Shown: one piece after another, positions 15,213 to 29,005 of the stretch
How positions within the stretch are numbered: the stretch's first letter is position 1
Layout of the letters: every line of letters begins with the position of its first letter
Source: the human T2T-CHM13v2.0 reference genome, Homo sapiens
Direction: 5' to 3' (one strand)
NCBI RefSeq assembly: GCF_009914755.1
Contig: NC_060934.1
Length of the DNA: 64,000 nt
Made by a program: the position numbers and the translations under genes
Notes under the pieces: model-generated
What the model saw: only the letters and a program-made list of their open reading frames with translations
Told to the model about the DNA's origin: nothing
Databases searched by the model: none

Positions 15213-15440
15213 GTGGTGTAGTGAAAAAGCACTGGATTTGGGATCATAAAATTGGGGTCGGGGATCCATCCCCCTTGATGATTGAATTTGAAACTCAGAT
15301 AAGGGCTTTGAGCCTCACTTTCCTCCTCTGAAAAGTGGATTCGTGGTATCTATCTCACAGGGCTATGGTGAAGATTCAATGTAAATATGTATACGGAATG
15401 CTTTGTAAATAGTAAGACAGCGTACACGTGCAAGTGGTCA
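15213..15440 (+). mobile_element. MIR
   Basis: TGGTGTAGTGAAAAAGCACTGG...GAGCCTCACTTTCCTCCTCTG...CTCACAGGGCTATGGTGAAGATT. Confidence 0.7.
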
Positions 15441-15529
15441 CTCTACCACTTGTGGCGTGTGTTAGCTAGTAGAAGCCAGTGGTGGGACCATCAATTTCAG
15501 CTCTTGATGACCATGCACATCCACAGGGC

Positions 15530-15612
15530 TAGGGTTGCCAGAAAGAATACAAGACCCCTAGTGAAATTTGAATTTTAAATAAGTAATGATTTTTTTTTAG
15601 TATGTCCCATGC
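15530..15612 (+). mobile_element. MER53-like hAT fragment
   Basis: AGGGTTGCCAGA...AATACAAGAC...AAATTTGAATTTT...AGTATGTCCC. Confidence 0.65.
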
Positions 15613-17811
15613 TAACTGAGCATAGCCAGCATTTAGTTTTAACTATTTCTTATTGTTCTCTCCTCATTTCAAATAAATTAGATGCATCTTCTCCACTATT
15701 TTGAAAGCCCCAGGGGAGTACAGATCATAGCGTATATATCTTGGATGCTCCAGATGCCTGAACACTGTCATGCACAGAACAAGTGCTAAATAAACAGTAA
15801 CTAGAGCAATGCGTTCGTCATTAGCACTAATACCTTCAGAGTTTGAATACACATCCTAATATCCACGGGTCCCTCTCTCTCATCTGACTACTGCACACAT
15901 GTGAATCTGCTGGTGCTCAGGAGTTCAGGTACTGGCCTTAAGTGGGGAAGTTAAGGAAAGAAAGTCTCCAAGACCTAGCATGATGCAGACCTGCTTGCTC
16001 CTACACCAACACAGTAAGTCTGGGATGTGACTGAATCTCCCAGAACTTGTCTTAAAATATTAAAATCCCTCCTATACTTTGAGTCCTGCTTTATGGTTGT
16101 GATTCGCTATGAGATAAATAGAAATTTTTAGACTTCATTTATGTAAAAAGAAGAAAGAGAATTTATGCCTTTAAAACACAGAAAGGAACTCAAGTTTGGC
16201 TGGGTTTGGGGCTACTGGATTTTGAAAAGAAGGCAGCATTTCCTAAACACTGGTCCCTGTCATTCTTTCTTACTTGGCTCTTTCTTGCTAAACTTTTCAA
16301 TGAGGACTTGGAGCTGCCGTGAATGTCCCTGGGTTAAAAGAACATATTAAATCAGTATTTGGTAAGAAGGGAGGTAAAATCCCCAAAATATAGGAGTAAC
16401 TCTACCCATGGACAAGATGACAATCTAGATGCACTATACGTAATCAATGGCGTGTTTTTTGGGGGAAAGATACAAAGCTTTTTCTGGAATTCTTTGATAA
16501 AATACACACTTGAACCACAAAAAAGGAAATGTGACAAGGAAATACTTTGCATATTGAGTTGTGGCCATGGTTATGGAGGAGTGTACACCATTTCCAATTA
16601 AACAAAGAAATAGGCAGCAGAAAACACTTTAAAAAGGAAAACCACGGAGTCTCTTTCAAAGAAGAGTGGAATTTTCACTCTACCTTATTCATTAAAGTTA
16701 GAAACTGCCATCCCTTTAATGAGCAGCCTGAGGGTGGAGAAATTGTCTTGAATAGCTATATTCCAGGGAGCACTTGGCATCATCACTGAAACATAGTGTG
16801 GGATTGCAATTGTGTGGGGTTTTTTTTCCCAGTGAATAGGAAGCGATCAAAGATAACATTGCCTGAGAAAGAATTAAAATAGTGTAACATTGCATCAAGT
16901 TATAGCCAATGCCAATCATTATATGGATGAATGAACAAGATCCTTTAAATAATGGTATAGACGTGCTGTGGCATTCAAAATATAATGACCAACTTCGGGG
17001 GGGTTCAAATAAAAACGCAAAAGCATGTGCCCACTCATCTGGCCAAAACAGTGAAGTATAAGCACGTCTCTTTAAATAGATCTGCAAGCCATATCCTTCA
17101 TTTACATCATCTATAAAACACTGGACTATAGGAAGTAAATTAATTCACAAAGACTGCCACAGAAATTTTATATTAGCAAGGCGAAATGCTATCTATGACG
17201 AGACTAGGAAAATTAGAGGCACAATCAGAAAAAATAAAGTAAAAGGGATTTATATAATTACAGTGTGATCACCTTTCCCTCTGTGAAAGGACAGGAAAGG
17301 AAAGCACAATGCAGGAATTGAATTCATCATTGTGTGGATGAGAGCTCCTGGCATATAATGCTAGACAGAGCTATTTACTGGAAAAAGTGTTGCTTTATTT
17401 ACATGCTAAACAGCATCACCTTCTAGCTTCAGAAGACTGACAAATAACAGCATAGCAAGGAAGAGAAAGAAAAGGCAATCTTCCCTACTCCAGACAGAAT
17501 TGGAACAGGATGGACACATATTGTCACCAATCCAAACATCTTGACCCCATCGCTAGAAAATGGAATCCCCAGCTTCTCCAAACATCTCCAAAGAGATCAT
17601 CTTTGCTTTTTTGGTTACAAGAATGATAACAAGGAAACTCGACTCTGCATCCAATAGGAGGGATGAGAGCAGGGAAAAGAAAATCAGCACACTACTTAGT
17701 CTAGGAAATCTCCACAGCACAACTCTTTCAAAAGATGGAAAAAATAAAATTTAATCTGTGACAGAGGATACAGAAATGAGTCCAAATGCACCTCCTTGTG
17801 CCCTTAACCAA

Positions 17812-17844
<33 letters not shown>
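17812..17844. repeat. (AAT)11 microsatellite
   Basis: Perfect trinucleotide run. Confidence 0.97.
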
Positions 17845-18847
17845 TCGATCTAATGAACAAAGAAAGACTGGCTGATGAATGAAGTGAATTGTTTTAATGC
17901 AGTAAACAGGAGGTCTGAATAAAGAGATCAAAGGAGGCCAGAGTGCAATGCACCCACAAGTGCAATTGCTCCCCAGGGAGTGACAAGAATAAAATTGCAA
18001 GATTTTGCTCCAAGTTACAGCCAGTGGTTCTAATCTAGTTGTCTATGCTAATCAAGGCACAGCCTTTGAGCTTCCTCCAAAAAGATTTCACTTTTTGATT
18101 TAGAAAATAATGCTTGAACTTGCAGTTGGTATTTATAAATTCTGACAGATACCAGGAGGGGACATGAAAGCACTGTGTGGGAAAACAAATAAAATACCCA
18201 GGATATCATTCTAGCCTTTCCTATTCTTAGTTATGAAAGCTTTGGCAAATAATTTTATCTCTGGGCAACTACTTCTAAATTTTATGCATTTACCTTGTCC
18301 TAAATATTTGTATTTAACAATAATTATAACACCAACAAATATTTTTCTTAAACACAAACAAAAAAACTAGACAGAAGATTTACATAACAACCTGTATTGA
18401 CAGAATATCCATAGTTTTCATTTCTCATTAGATGTTTATTGAGTGAGATGAAGGCTTTAAGATTATCTGGGTAACATTTACTTATATTACTTAAAATTTG
18501 TTAATGAGACTATAAATAGTTGCTTGGACAGAAATGAAAAATACATGTTTGCATGACTCAGTTTGAATTTTGGTTGAGATGAATTTTGGTTGAGGGACAG
18601 GGATGGTGAAAAGCTCACAGGGAAGCACACTGGAAAGTGTGGTGATGCGAATGCCAGGTAAGGAAAGAGGGAGCTGGTTCACTGCCTAGAATCGGCCATG
18701 TTTCCTTTGCAGATTCCAGCATATTGAGGGCTCAGTTAGCAGCTCTGCAGAGGGTGGACATTCACCAAGGATGTGCCCCAGGAGGAAATAAGCCCCACCC
18801 ACCCCACCTGGCAGCTGACCCGGGCTGCATGTATGCCAGCGAGCATA

Positions 18848-19041
18848 GGCATTACCCAGTAGCCATTATGCTATTATCTGGCTGCCATTGCCTTTTAGTA
18901 ATTACCCAGCAGCCATTGCCCTGCAACCATTACCCAGCAATCATTGCCCTGCAGCCATTGCCCTGAAGCTATTACCCAGTGGCTATTACTCAGCTGCCAT
19001 CCCCTGGCACCATTACCTGCTGTCATTATCCATCAGCCATT
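18848..19041. repeat. Degenerate ~14-bp minisatellite (CCATTACCCAGCAG / CCATTGCCCTGCAG)
   Basis: (C/T)ATT(A/G)CCC(A/T)G recurs at about 14-nt spacing over ~190 bp. Confidence 0.8.
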
Positions 19042-22000
19042 TTGTGTGGGTCTCCAGCGACCCAACGTGGAGCTGCTGCCACTGTGCCCAAGTTGCACTG
19101 TTGCAGGAGAAGCTGGCCGCAGTCTCCCTTCCTGACCCAGAAATCCTTTATGGCCATAAGGCCCAGCACAGGGGCCTGGGCCATGCTCCTGGAGGGAGCC
19201 AGGTCATTTGCAGGAGGGATCCTTGACTTGGGGAATGACAGGAGGCAAACAGGAAGTGTCCTTTCATGGTGGGTGAAGGATGAAGCTGATAAAAGCCTGA
19301 CCACCTGGGCAGTTATCCAAGGCCCAATCTGGAAGAAGCCTAAGGGAATTCTGGAATCCCTGTGGAGTTCTAAAGGGATTCAGAGACTGTTTTATTTACC
19401 ACAATACATCTCACTTCTGGGGCTGGACAACTACTTTGCGACACTGGTTTGAGTAAGACAAACTGCCTAGGAGGATGGGTTAACTATAAGATTCTGCTTT
19501 GCCCAAGTAGATGTGCCCTGGGCTTTCCAACCCCCATCTGTCTGCTGGCCCACCTCTACTCTTCCTCCCTGCTCAAACATCATCTCTCATCACCCCCACC
19601 ACCCCACCCCACCTCACAGTGCTGTCTTACCTATAATGCAAGCCAAAACCTTTATGAAATTGTGCTCTGTGGTGGAGGAAGAGGACTTGGAAGAGTGTGT
19701 CACTCAATTGTACCCCAGCCCAGAGCTCTATCACTCTCATGTAGGTAGGACCAGGACCAGGGATTGGTCACCCTGGTATCAAAGGTGTCCACCTCTGAGG
19801 CTTGGAGTGAAGCACGGTCCCAGAGCAGCAGGAGACCTCATCCACACAGCAGCTGGAAAGGAAGGGGAGGGACATGGCACATATCACACGGTTTTTCTGA
19901 CTCTGGGGGGGGTAGAATTAGAGGAATCTGCTTTGTGACTGTCATTGTGGTTATTTTCTGCCCAGGCTGTGTGGCCTGGGAAACGTGGATAACTGAAGCT
20001 GCCCTGGCACGGCAGAGCTTGGACGTTTGACAGACAATCACTGGCAAAGAGACCGTGGGCTTTGGGAGCACATGTTGTAAACAGACCCCTGTTTGTGAAA
20101 GTGCTTGTGGAAGGTCTTACATTCGGCTTCCTGCGTACAATGAGTGACTTAGGCTTCAGAACCCTGGACCAATCCAAGGCATCATACATTCCCAAAGGCT
20201 CAGTAGGTCTCTCCTTTTCACTGGATTCATCAGTGGCTTGCTGAGTTTTGTTCTGGCTAAAGTGTTCACATAAATGAGGTCACCAGGCATGTTCTGAAGC
20301 GGTGGAAAGACTCCTGTGAAGAAATCAACAGAAACTGGATTTGTTCCTGTTAATGAAATTTCAAAATCTACGCCAGATCTACGTACAAATCATGGACTTG
20401 AACTATGTCCTAGAACAGCATAAAAAGAGGAAAGGTTTTAGGTAGAAATATAGCACTTCCATGCTGGATATAGAATTTCATATCGGAAGCCTTAAAGTTA
20501 CAAGCTTATCACAATATTTTCAGTGTTGAATGATTATGTGAATAAAATGGTGAATTTATTGTTTCGTTTCTGAAAGAAACTATTTTACATCATTTATACA
20601 CTTTAGGTAAGGTCAATTTTGTGTGTGTGTTTTATGTCTTTGGGAGAAGGCATTTCTAATGAAAACGAAATTCACAAGGAGAACTCCATAAGCCCAGGTT
20701 CCAAGAAGCCCAGCCTATGCGCTACAGCTTTAAAACAGCATGCTTGACGGTGTTTTTCAGGTTTGATTACATCCTGTGATCTGCATTGTTGATCTTCAAA
20801 CAGACAGAAAAAGTGGAGAGGCATGTTGGAATTTCAGCATAAACTCCATAGTGTAGTGAAGAAAGACTGTTATTATACAGACTTATTTTTTTCATAATGC
20901 AAATTATGGAAGTTAAAGTTTGAGAAAATCCTTTTGGCTAGTGGGGATATTTGCAAAGGTCAGAGAGGAGCAGTATGAGCTAATTAAAAGAAAAAAATAA
21001 AGATTGAGAAGCTCTCTAAATATTAGATATTTTATCTACTAAAAAAGGAACTTAGGTAAAGAAAATAATCATATAAAAGAATAAAATATGATACAAACTG
21101 ATGGAAACTTAACTCATATCTGACATAAAAACTCCTCACCAACATTGTGTTAGAAAACTTCTGATAGACTGTGGTACCCAAGATTTCCAAAATTAAGGCA
21201 CTAAGATAATGAAATTCACCTTTTCATCCCTATTTTTAGACCAAAATAAACTTAAATTTAAATTTGAAAGCAGACAGGTATTCAGAACCTTAAGACTGTG
21301 ATTTTATTCTGAATAATTGCCTTTTATTTTCAATGCCTATTGTGTCTTTACTGTACCTCATGTCACAATTTAATCTCTCTTTAAACTTAATTTAATGCCT
21401 AATTTAATCTCAATATGACTGCTAATAATTAAGAGACCTCATGTTGTGTAGCTTAATGTTTGGTTGTGTTGGTCATGTATACATGTCATGTGCGATATTG
21501 TTTCATACCATGCAATTTAATGAACAGCATCACTTGATATGTTTATTTCTGAAGAACAAGAAACCAAGCCACCATCTTTTGAGAGTCAAAACATAGGTTT
21601 TCATGGTAATGTTATGAACAGCAAGATTTTATATGTACAGAGGTCTACTTTTAGTATCTGTACAATACATGTACAACTGTACAAATCTCTAGATCATGTG
21701 TACCTTACATGTACAAATCTGAATATTATATGCATGAATCCGAAATGGTCATTTTGTAATTACAAGTTACTTACTTGGATTAATAATTTTTGTCAGTAGT
21801 TTTCAGCCCTCTTCCCCTTTTTATTGTTGGCTAAATCTTTCAGAGTAATTCTTCTTGGGAGCCCTATTTGCAAAACAGATCAGGATGGCTCTGCTATGAG
21901 CCAAGTGTTTGTGCGGCCAGAGATGGAGGTGCAGGGACTGCAGGTGGCCTTCTAGGTTCACTCTCAATGGCCTTTAAGCCCTTTCATGCAGCCCCTAGTA

Positions 22001-22049
22001 TTTCTGGAGCACAAGGTGGAAACTGTTGGCCAATGTAATGTCCTACATG

Positions 22050-22202
22050 CGTAGAGGGCTTCCATATATATTACAGCATTTCATTCTTCACAACATTGTC
22101 CAGTGTCGCTCCATTTTACAGATGAGAAAACATGTGTCCATTTTCCCACAGCCATGTGGGATCAGTGATTAGATATAAGACTTAAACCCAGGCCTTCTGA
22201 CG
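22050..22202 (-). mobile_element. MIR
   Basis: CATTTCATTCTTCACAAC...CCATTTTACAGATGAGAAAAC...ACTTAAACCCAGG. Confidence 0.75.
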
Positions 22203-22731
22203 ACTGTTTTTCCCTTTATTTCATAGTCTATGCCAATAGAAAATATGCTCAGAGAGTCTCCGAAGGAGCTTGAGTAGAGAGATAGGATTTTGGTAAAGCA
22301 TGAGTGTTTCTTAATGTTGTCCTACTTTAGGAGACATGACTGATGGTATCACGTCATGTGGGTCATGTTCCTGTGCTTTGCCCAGATTACCAACTGCAGA
22401 GTGTTTTGAGATGTGTGTAAGCCCCGGCCTGCCAGCTGTAAACCTAACCCTTTCTCTCCCACTTGAGTAAGCGTATTGCAGTACAGAGTATGAAGGAGAT
22501 GTTATTATCTTAATCTATTTTTGTTTATGAACAGTTTACAAATTTCAGGACTTTAATTATTAGTGGAAACAATTGCTTTTCATCATCCTAGTCGAGAGGC
22601 TTTCTGTATAAAGAAGTAGAATTGGTGATCAGCATCTTGTGAAATAATATTAGAATCAAAAATTACCTTGGCAGAAGAAGAGAAGACCCAACAGGAGCCA
22701 ATGAAAAAAGGGAAGTTAAGAAAGAAAGACA

Positions 22732-23218
<487 letters not shown>

Positions 23219-23728
23219 TCACACCAGTTAGTGATTTAGCACTTAATTTTGCACGTGGCAAATACGTTCAATTGAGCATTCATTCAATGTTCACCAAATG
23301 AATTTTCCCAGTTCTACCCTCCTTTCCTTCTGAGTATTTAGAAGGATCCTGGAGTGGAGGAAAAAGGAGCCACAGCTTAAGACCTTTGAGAAGAAAGTAG
23401 AAAGGGAATGTTATGTCTGTGGAAAAGAAAACGGAGGTTTCAGTTGTACCATTTTGAGGAGAAAAATGACTAATGATGGGTTTGAAATCATCCTTTCTCA
23501 GTCTTTTAAAGGGTAAGACAAGGCATTTACATGAGATGCACAAGAGAATTTTCTGATGTTGAGAGTGGCAAACAAACTAAGATAAAAGAGCAAGTGAAGC
23601 TAAGAAGAGAAAATTCTCATGTGTCTAAACAATTGAAGTGTGTTCTCGAAGGTAAGGGTGTGGACCAATAATCCCCATTGGAACTCACAGAAGGTTTTGA
23701 CTCCTATGACCATCACAATACAAGATAA

Positions 23729-24110
23729 GTTTTTTTTCCTTTTTCTTTTCTTCCAACTTTTATTTTAGGTTCAGGGGATACCCGTACAGGTTCGTTACAT
23801 GGGTACGTTGCATGCTGCAGGGGCTTGGTGTGTAGCTTATTTCATCACCCAGGGAATCAGCATAGTACCTGAGAGGTAGTTTTTCCTTCCTCTCCCTCCT
23901 CCCACCCTCCACCCTGAAGTAGGCCCTGGTGTCTTTGTTCCCTCTTTGTGTCCATGTGTACTCAGTGTTTAGCTCCCACTTGTAAGTGAGAACATGTGGT
24001 ACTTGATTTTCGGTTCGTGTGCTCATTAATTCACTTGGGATAATGGCCTCCAGCTCCATCCGTGTTGCTGCAAAGGACTTGATCTCGTTCTTTTTTTATG
24101 GTTGCATGGC
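23729..24110 (-). mobile_element. Older L1PA (L1PA13-16-like) 3' end, 5'-truncated
   Basis: CAACTTTTATTTTAGGTTCAGGGG...AGCTCCCACTTGTAAGTGAGAACATG...GGCCTCCAGCTCCATCC; AATACAAGA on both flanks (probable TSD). Confidence 0.9.
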
Positions 24111-24124
24111 AGAATACAAGAGAA

Positions 24125-24426
24125 TATTTAGCAGAGGAATTGCGGACATGCAGCAGTAATAATGCCCCATGAAATGTTAATAAACATCGTGGGAAACTCG
24201 AGTGTGTGTTCAAATTATTTGGGGGAAGTAGTAGGTTCACGAAAGGTATACAGATGTCTTCAGGGCAGGACTTCTCAGAGCCCTGGATATTCTAATGTAC
24301 CACGTAAAGCTCCCAGCACAAAGAACCAGAAGTATTTTACAAACCTAGTTAAATAAAGAACTTTCCCCACCTCTTCATACCTCACAGAACACTAGAGCTC
24401 TGGGGAACACATTTTGGGAAACGCTG
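24125..24426 (-). mobile_element. MER112-like hAT-Charlie element
   Basis: GCAGGACTTCTCAGAGCC and terminal GGAACACATTTTGGGAAACGCTG. Confidence 0.6.
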
Positions 24427-24746
24427 ATATATAGTACTGTTCTTAAGCAGGGGTGCATTTTAAGAAAGTTGGCAAATTCCTCCTAATTAACAAGAAAATG
24501 TAGTATGCCTGAGCCGATCATAGTAGTTTCACTGTAGTCCTTCCCTCCCCATCCCCAAATCACACAGAACAAGAGTTCTATGGTACACACTCAGTCCCAC
24601 TGTTTTTGCTCACCCAGTGCTACCTAGGAATTCCCACCTCGCTCCGTCTGTTTGACTTCCTCACTTACAATGTCCTTCGCCAAGCACCTGTTAGACACAA
24701 TCAGAGCACAGAGCTGCAGGCAGGGAAGGAAGAAACTGAAGGATCC

Positions 24747-25100
24747 TGTACTAGCTTGTTTTCATGCTGCTGATAAAGACATATCCGAGACTGGTCAATT
24801 TACAAAAGAAAGAGGTTTATTGGACTTACAGTTCCACATGGCTTGGGAGGCTTCACAATCAGGGTGGAAGGCAAAGAGAAGCAAGTCACATCTTATGTGG
24901 ATGACAGCAGGCAAAGAGAGAGCCTGTGTAGGGAAACTCCCCTTTTTAAAACCATCAGATCTTGTGAGACTTATTCGCTATCACGAGAACAGTGTGGGAA
25001 AGACCTACCCTCATGATTCAATTACCTCCTACTGGGTCCCTCCCACAACACATGGGAATTCAAGATGATATTTGGGTGGGGACACAGCCAAACCATATCA
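24747..25100 (-). mobile_element. THE1 (THE1B-like) solo LTR
   Basis: TGTA...GCTGCTGATAAAGACATATCCGAGACTGG...CAGCCAAACCATATCA; perfect TSD GATCC at 24742-24746 and 25101-25105. Confidence 0.95.
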
Positions 25101-25143
25101 GATCCCATGTTTAAGAAGTTCCCAGTTCAGCATACAGCCTTGA

Positions 25144-25555
<412 letters not shown>

Positions 25556-27203
25556 TAGTTGTTTTTAAATTGACATTTATTGAATGCGTGCTCCATGCCA
25601 GGCACAGTGCTGACTACTATAGGGGCAAGGAAAGGAGTCTTGCCTTCAGAGCAGTTCGCATTGAGGGTGAAAAGTAATACATCACAAAGGTATTGTTGAC
25701 TGTGAGCACAAGTCTAAAGTTCCTCTGATTTAGGAGGAAACGTAAAGGTTTTTCACTCATTTTAGACATACGGGTGTACAGACACATGCCCCGCAATGCT
25801 GTGGCTCTCTTTGTCTTGCCTCTCCAGCCTCCAGTCAGGCAAAAGAAACGAAAGGCTCTTTCCTGATTAAGCTTCAAGTTCATATTCTTTTGTACATAGA
25901 AATGGGACCATGCCTAAGGTTTCCTGAACCTATTTTTAAATTAAGTGATTTGGAGAGGTAGGAAATTTAATAATAATATTGTCCAATATTACATTTTTTT
26001 TCTTTGTAATCTCTTGGGCTTACTCTTTAATTTCTTAATTGTTTTTCTTCTTCCATATTTATTTTTTCCATTTAAAGCCAAATAACACAAAATGAAATGA
26101 AAGTGGAAATATTTGAAAGAAAACAATTATTCAGTATTACCCCTTGAAATTTTGCCTTATGAAAATATTTTTAAAGCTATTACTCATGTTGAAGATTTAG
26201 CATTCATTAATATATGTATTTTGTGCAAAATCAGCAAACTCCACATTTGCTGTTTGGCTGTTATACACACAAATTAATGAATGTACTTAAATGAATTTGA
26301 TTAATATGCAGCAGTTTAAGATCCACTTTGTATTATTAGCACAGAAATTTTCCTCATTGAATGCTGCTGAATCAGAATACTGTGTTTGCTTGGGAAGGCT
26401 GTCACACACACATGCACACACCACAAATAATGTAAAGCTAAGATTGTCATAATTATCATAATTGCCTCATTAAGATATTAGCAGACTGCCCCAACCACAA
26501 GAGATTCTCCATGCATGGAATTTTCCATCTTTGCCTGCATCCAAGTTATACATGCAGTGCCAGTGCCATAGAGTGTTAAATGGAAACCCCACTTCTGCAT
26601 TTTATTACCAAATTTTGCAAACTACAAACAGCTTGCGTGTTGTATAAATTTATAGTTGTACTTGCATATTTGTGACGGTGGTTTTCAGCATGCAACTTTT
26701 ATCTAAGAGCTTTTACTTGGAACTGCACAGAGCAATTCCAAAAGCTCAAAACTAAAGGAAAATAAAATTGAAGTGCCTTTACAATTGAGTGATTTATACA
26801 TTTATACATTAAGTGCTTCTCCCGGTAGAAGCACTCAGATGGAAAATTTCATCTATTCCAAGCTGATTTTGTGCCTGAATGACTCTCACATATTTTCCTA
26901 AAACCTAGTCATGTCAAATGATTTATTCTACTTTAACAATTCTGTACAAGTAGCCAGGAAGATTCAAGTGTTGAAGTGTTAGAAGGTAGTTGGCCAATTA
27001 GATGGTTGACTATGTTTTGATTTTTCATGCTTACACATTCTTTTCTTACCTTCCCATCTCCAACTCAGGAGTACCTTGCTCTAGACAAGGATTTTTGCAT
27101 ATTTCTGTCCTAGAAGTATTTAGTCAAATTTGAGCAACAGAATGTATTTTAGATCAAAATTCCAGTAAAGATAAAGTGAGAAAATTCATTTCTCATAGTT
27201 TAA

Positions 27204-27552
<349 letters not shown>

Positions 27553-27562
27553 TGCACACACG

Positions 27563-27633
27563 TTTTTTTGTGTGTTTGTTTGTTTTTGAGACGGAGTCTA
27601 GCTCTGTCGCCCAGGCTGGAGTGCAGTGGCGCA
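27563..27633 (-). mobile_element. 5'-truncated Alu (3' ~45 bp plus tail)
   Basis: T-tract-GAGACGGAGTCTAGCTCTGTCGCCCAGGCTGGAGTGCAGTGGCGCA, then GCACACA TSD copy. Confidence 0.9.
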
Positions 27634-27939
27634 GGCACACATATTTTTAATGTCCCTTCCTGATATCATTACTTATCACCCCCATACCCTTGCCGCAGTC
27701 CAATGCCATCTGTGCCCCTGCCATGCTGCCTAGTAATGGGGATGCCCTGCATCTTATTAAAGGTGACTGACCCACCACTGAGCTATGGGCTTGCAACACA
27801 GAAATTCATTTTTTAATTAGATAATTGATGTTCTCCAGATTCTTCTCTTTCTTGCCATACAGTTTTTTTTTAACTTCAATTATTTTTGTCATTTACTCAC
27901 CATCTTCTGTGGCAAATACATTCGTTTTTAAAAACTAAT

Positions 27940-28300
<361 letters not shown>

Positions 28301-29005
28301 TAACGTTCTTGAGATACAATTACAAGGCAGAAAAGTTAGTGGAAGTCTATTCCTTGGATGGGTTTATGTCATGATCAAGAAAAAAAGGATTAAGAATATG
28401 GTAAGGGTCTCAATTTATGATCTCAAGTACTATGTGAGAAACCTAAAAAGTAAATTCAAACTTTGAAATTTGGAATTTTCTTTGCTATAGGAAAAAGATT
28501 TTACTATAGGTAACAACAGTAATGGCTGGTGAATTTTTTCTAGGGGTAGACTCTCAACAATGTTGATGCCACTCAACAAATCCAAAGAACCATCATTATT
28601 TTTCTCTAAATAGCAGGACCAAAACCAAAGAAACATTCTAGACTAGGTACTTACCTTGACCCATCCACACTGTGGACTAATTCCTTAAGTGAAAGAATGT
28701 GAAGCTTCCTGTGGCTGCATCAGGCAATCCACAGAGAAAAAGAGTGATGGCCAGTTGAGCTCTGTCCAAAGAATCATGTAGCTCTGTGATGACAGAAAAT
28801 TGACTAAGCATAAGTCTCAAGCTTATTCCCTTAGAATCCTCCATCTGGAATATACGAGTCTTCAAGAAAACATTCTTTCTTGCTACCCTGAAGCATGACA
28901 TCCAGGGGATGGAAAGAAATAATTTGTCCATACCATTCATCGAATGCAGCTGTGGCCCCTATATCTTACCTAAAAACTATTTTTATTTTTCACAATTTTA
29001 AGATA

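Noticed and set aside
18848-19041. Repeat array superficially like CRISPR or a coding repeat
   Set aside because: No constant repeat with unique spacers, and the DNA is primate; it is a degenerate minisatellite.
20155-20175. REST/RE1-like sequence TTCAGAACCCTGGACCAATCC
   Set aside because: Mismatch in the CAGCACC half and a poor right half (GGACCAAT vs GGACAGCG).
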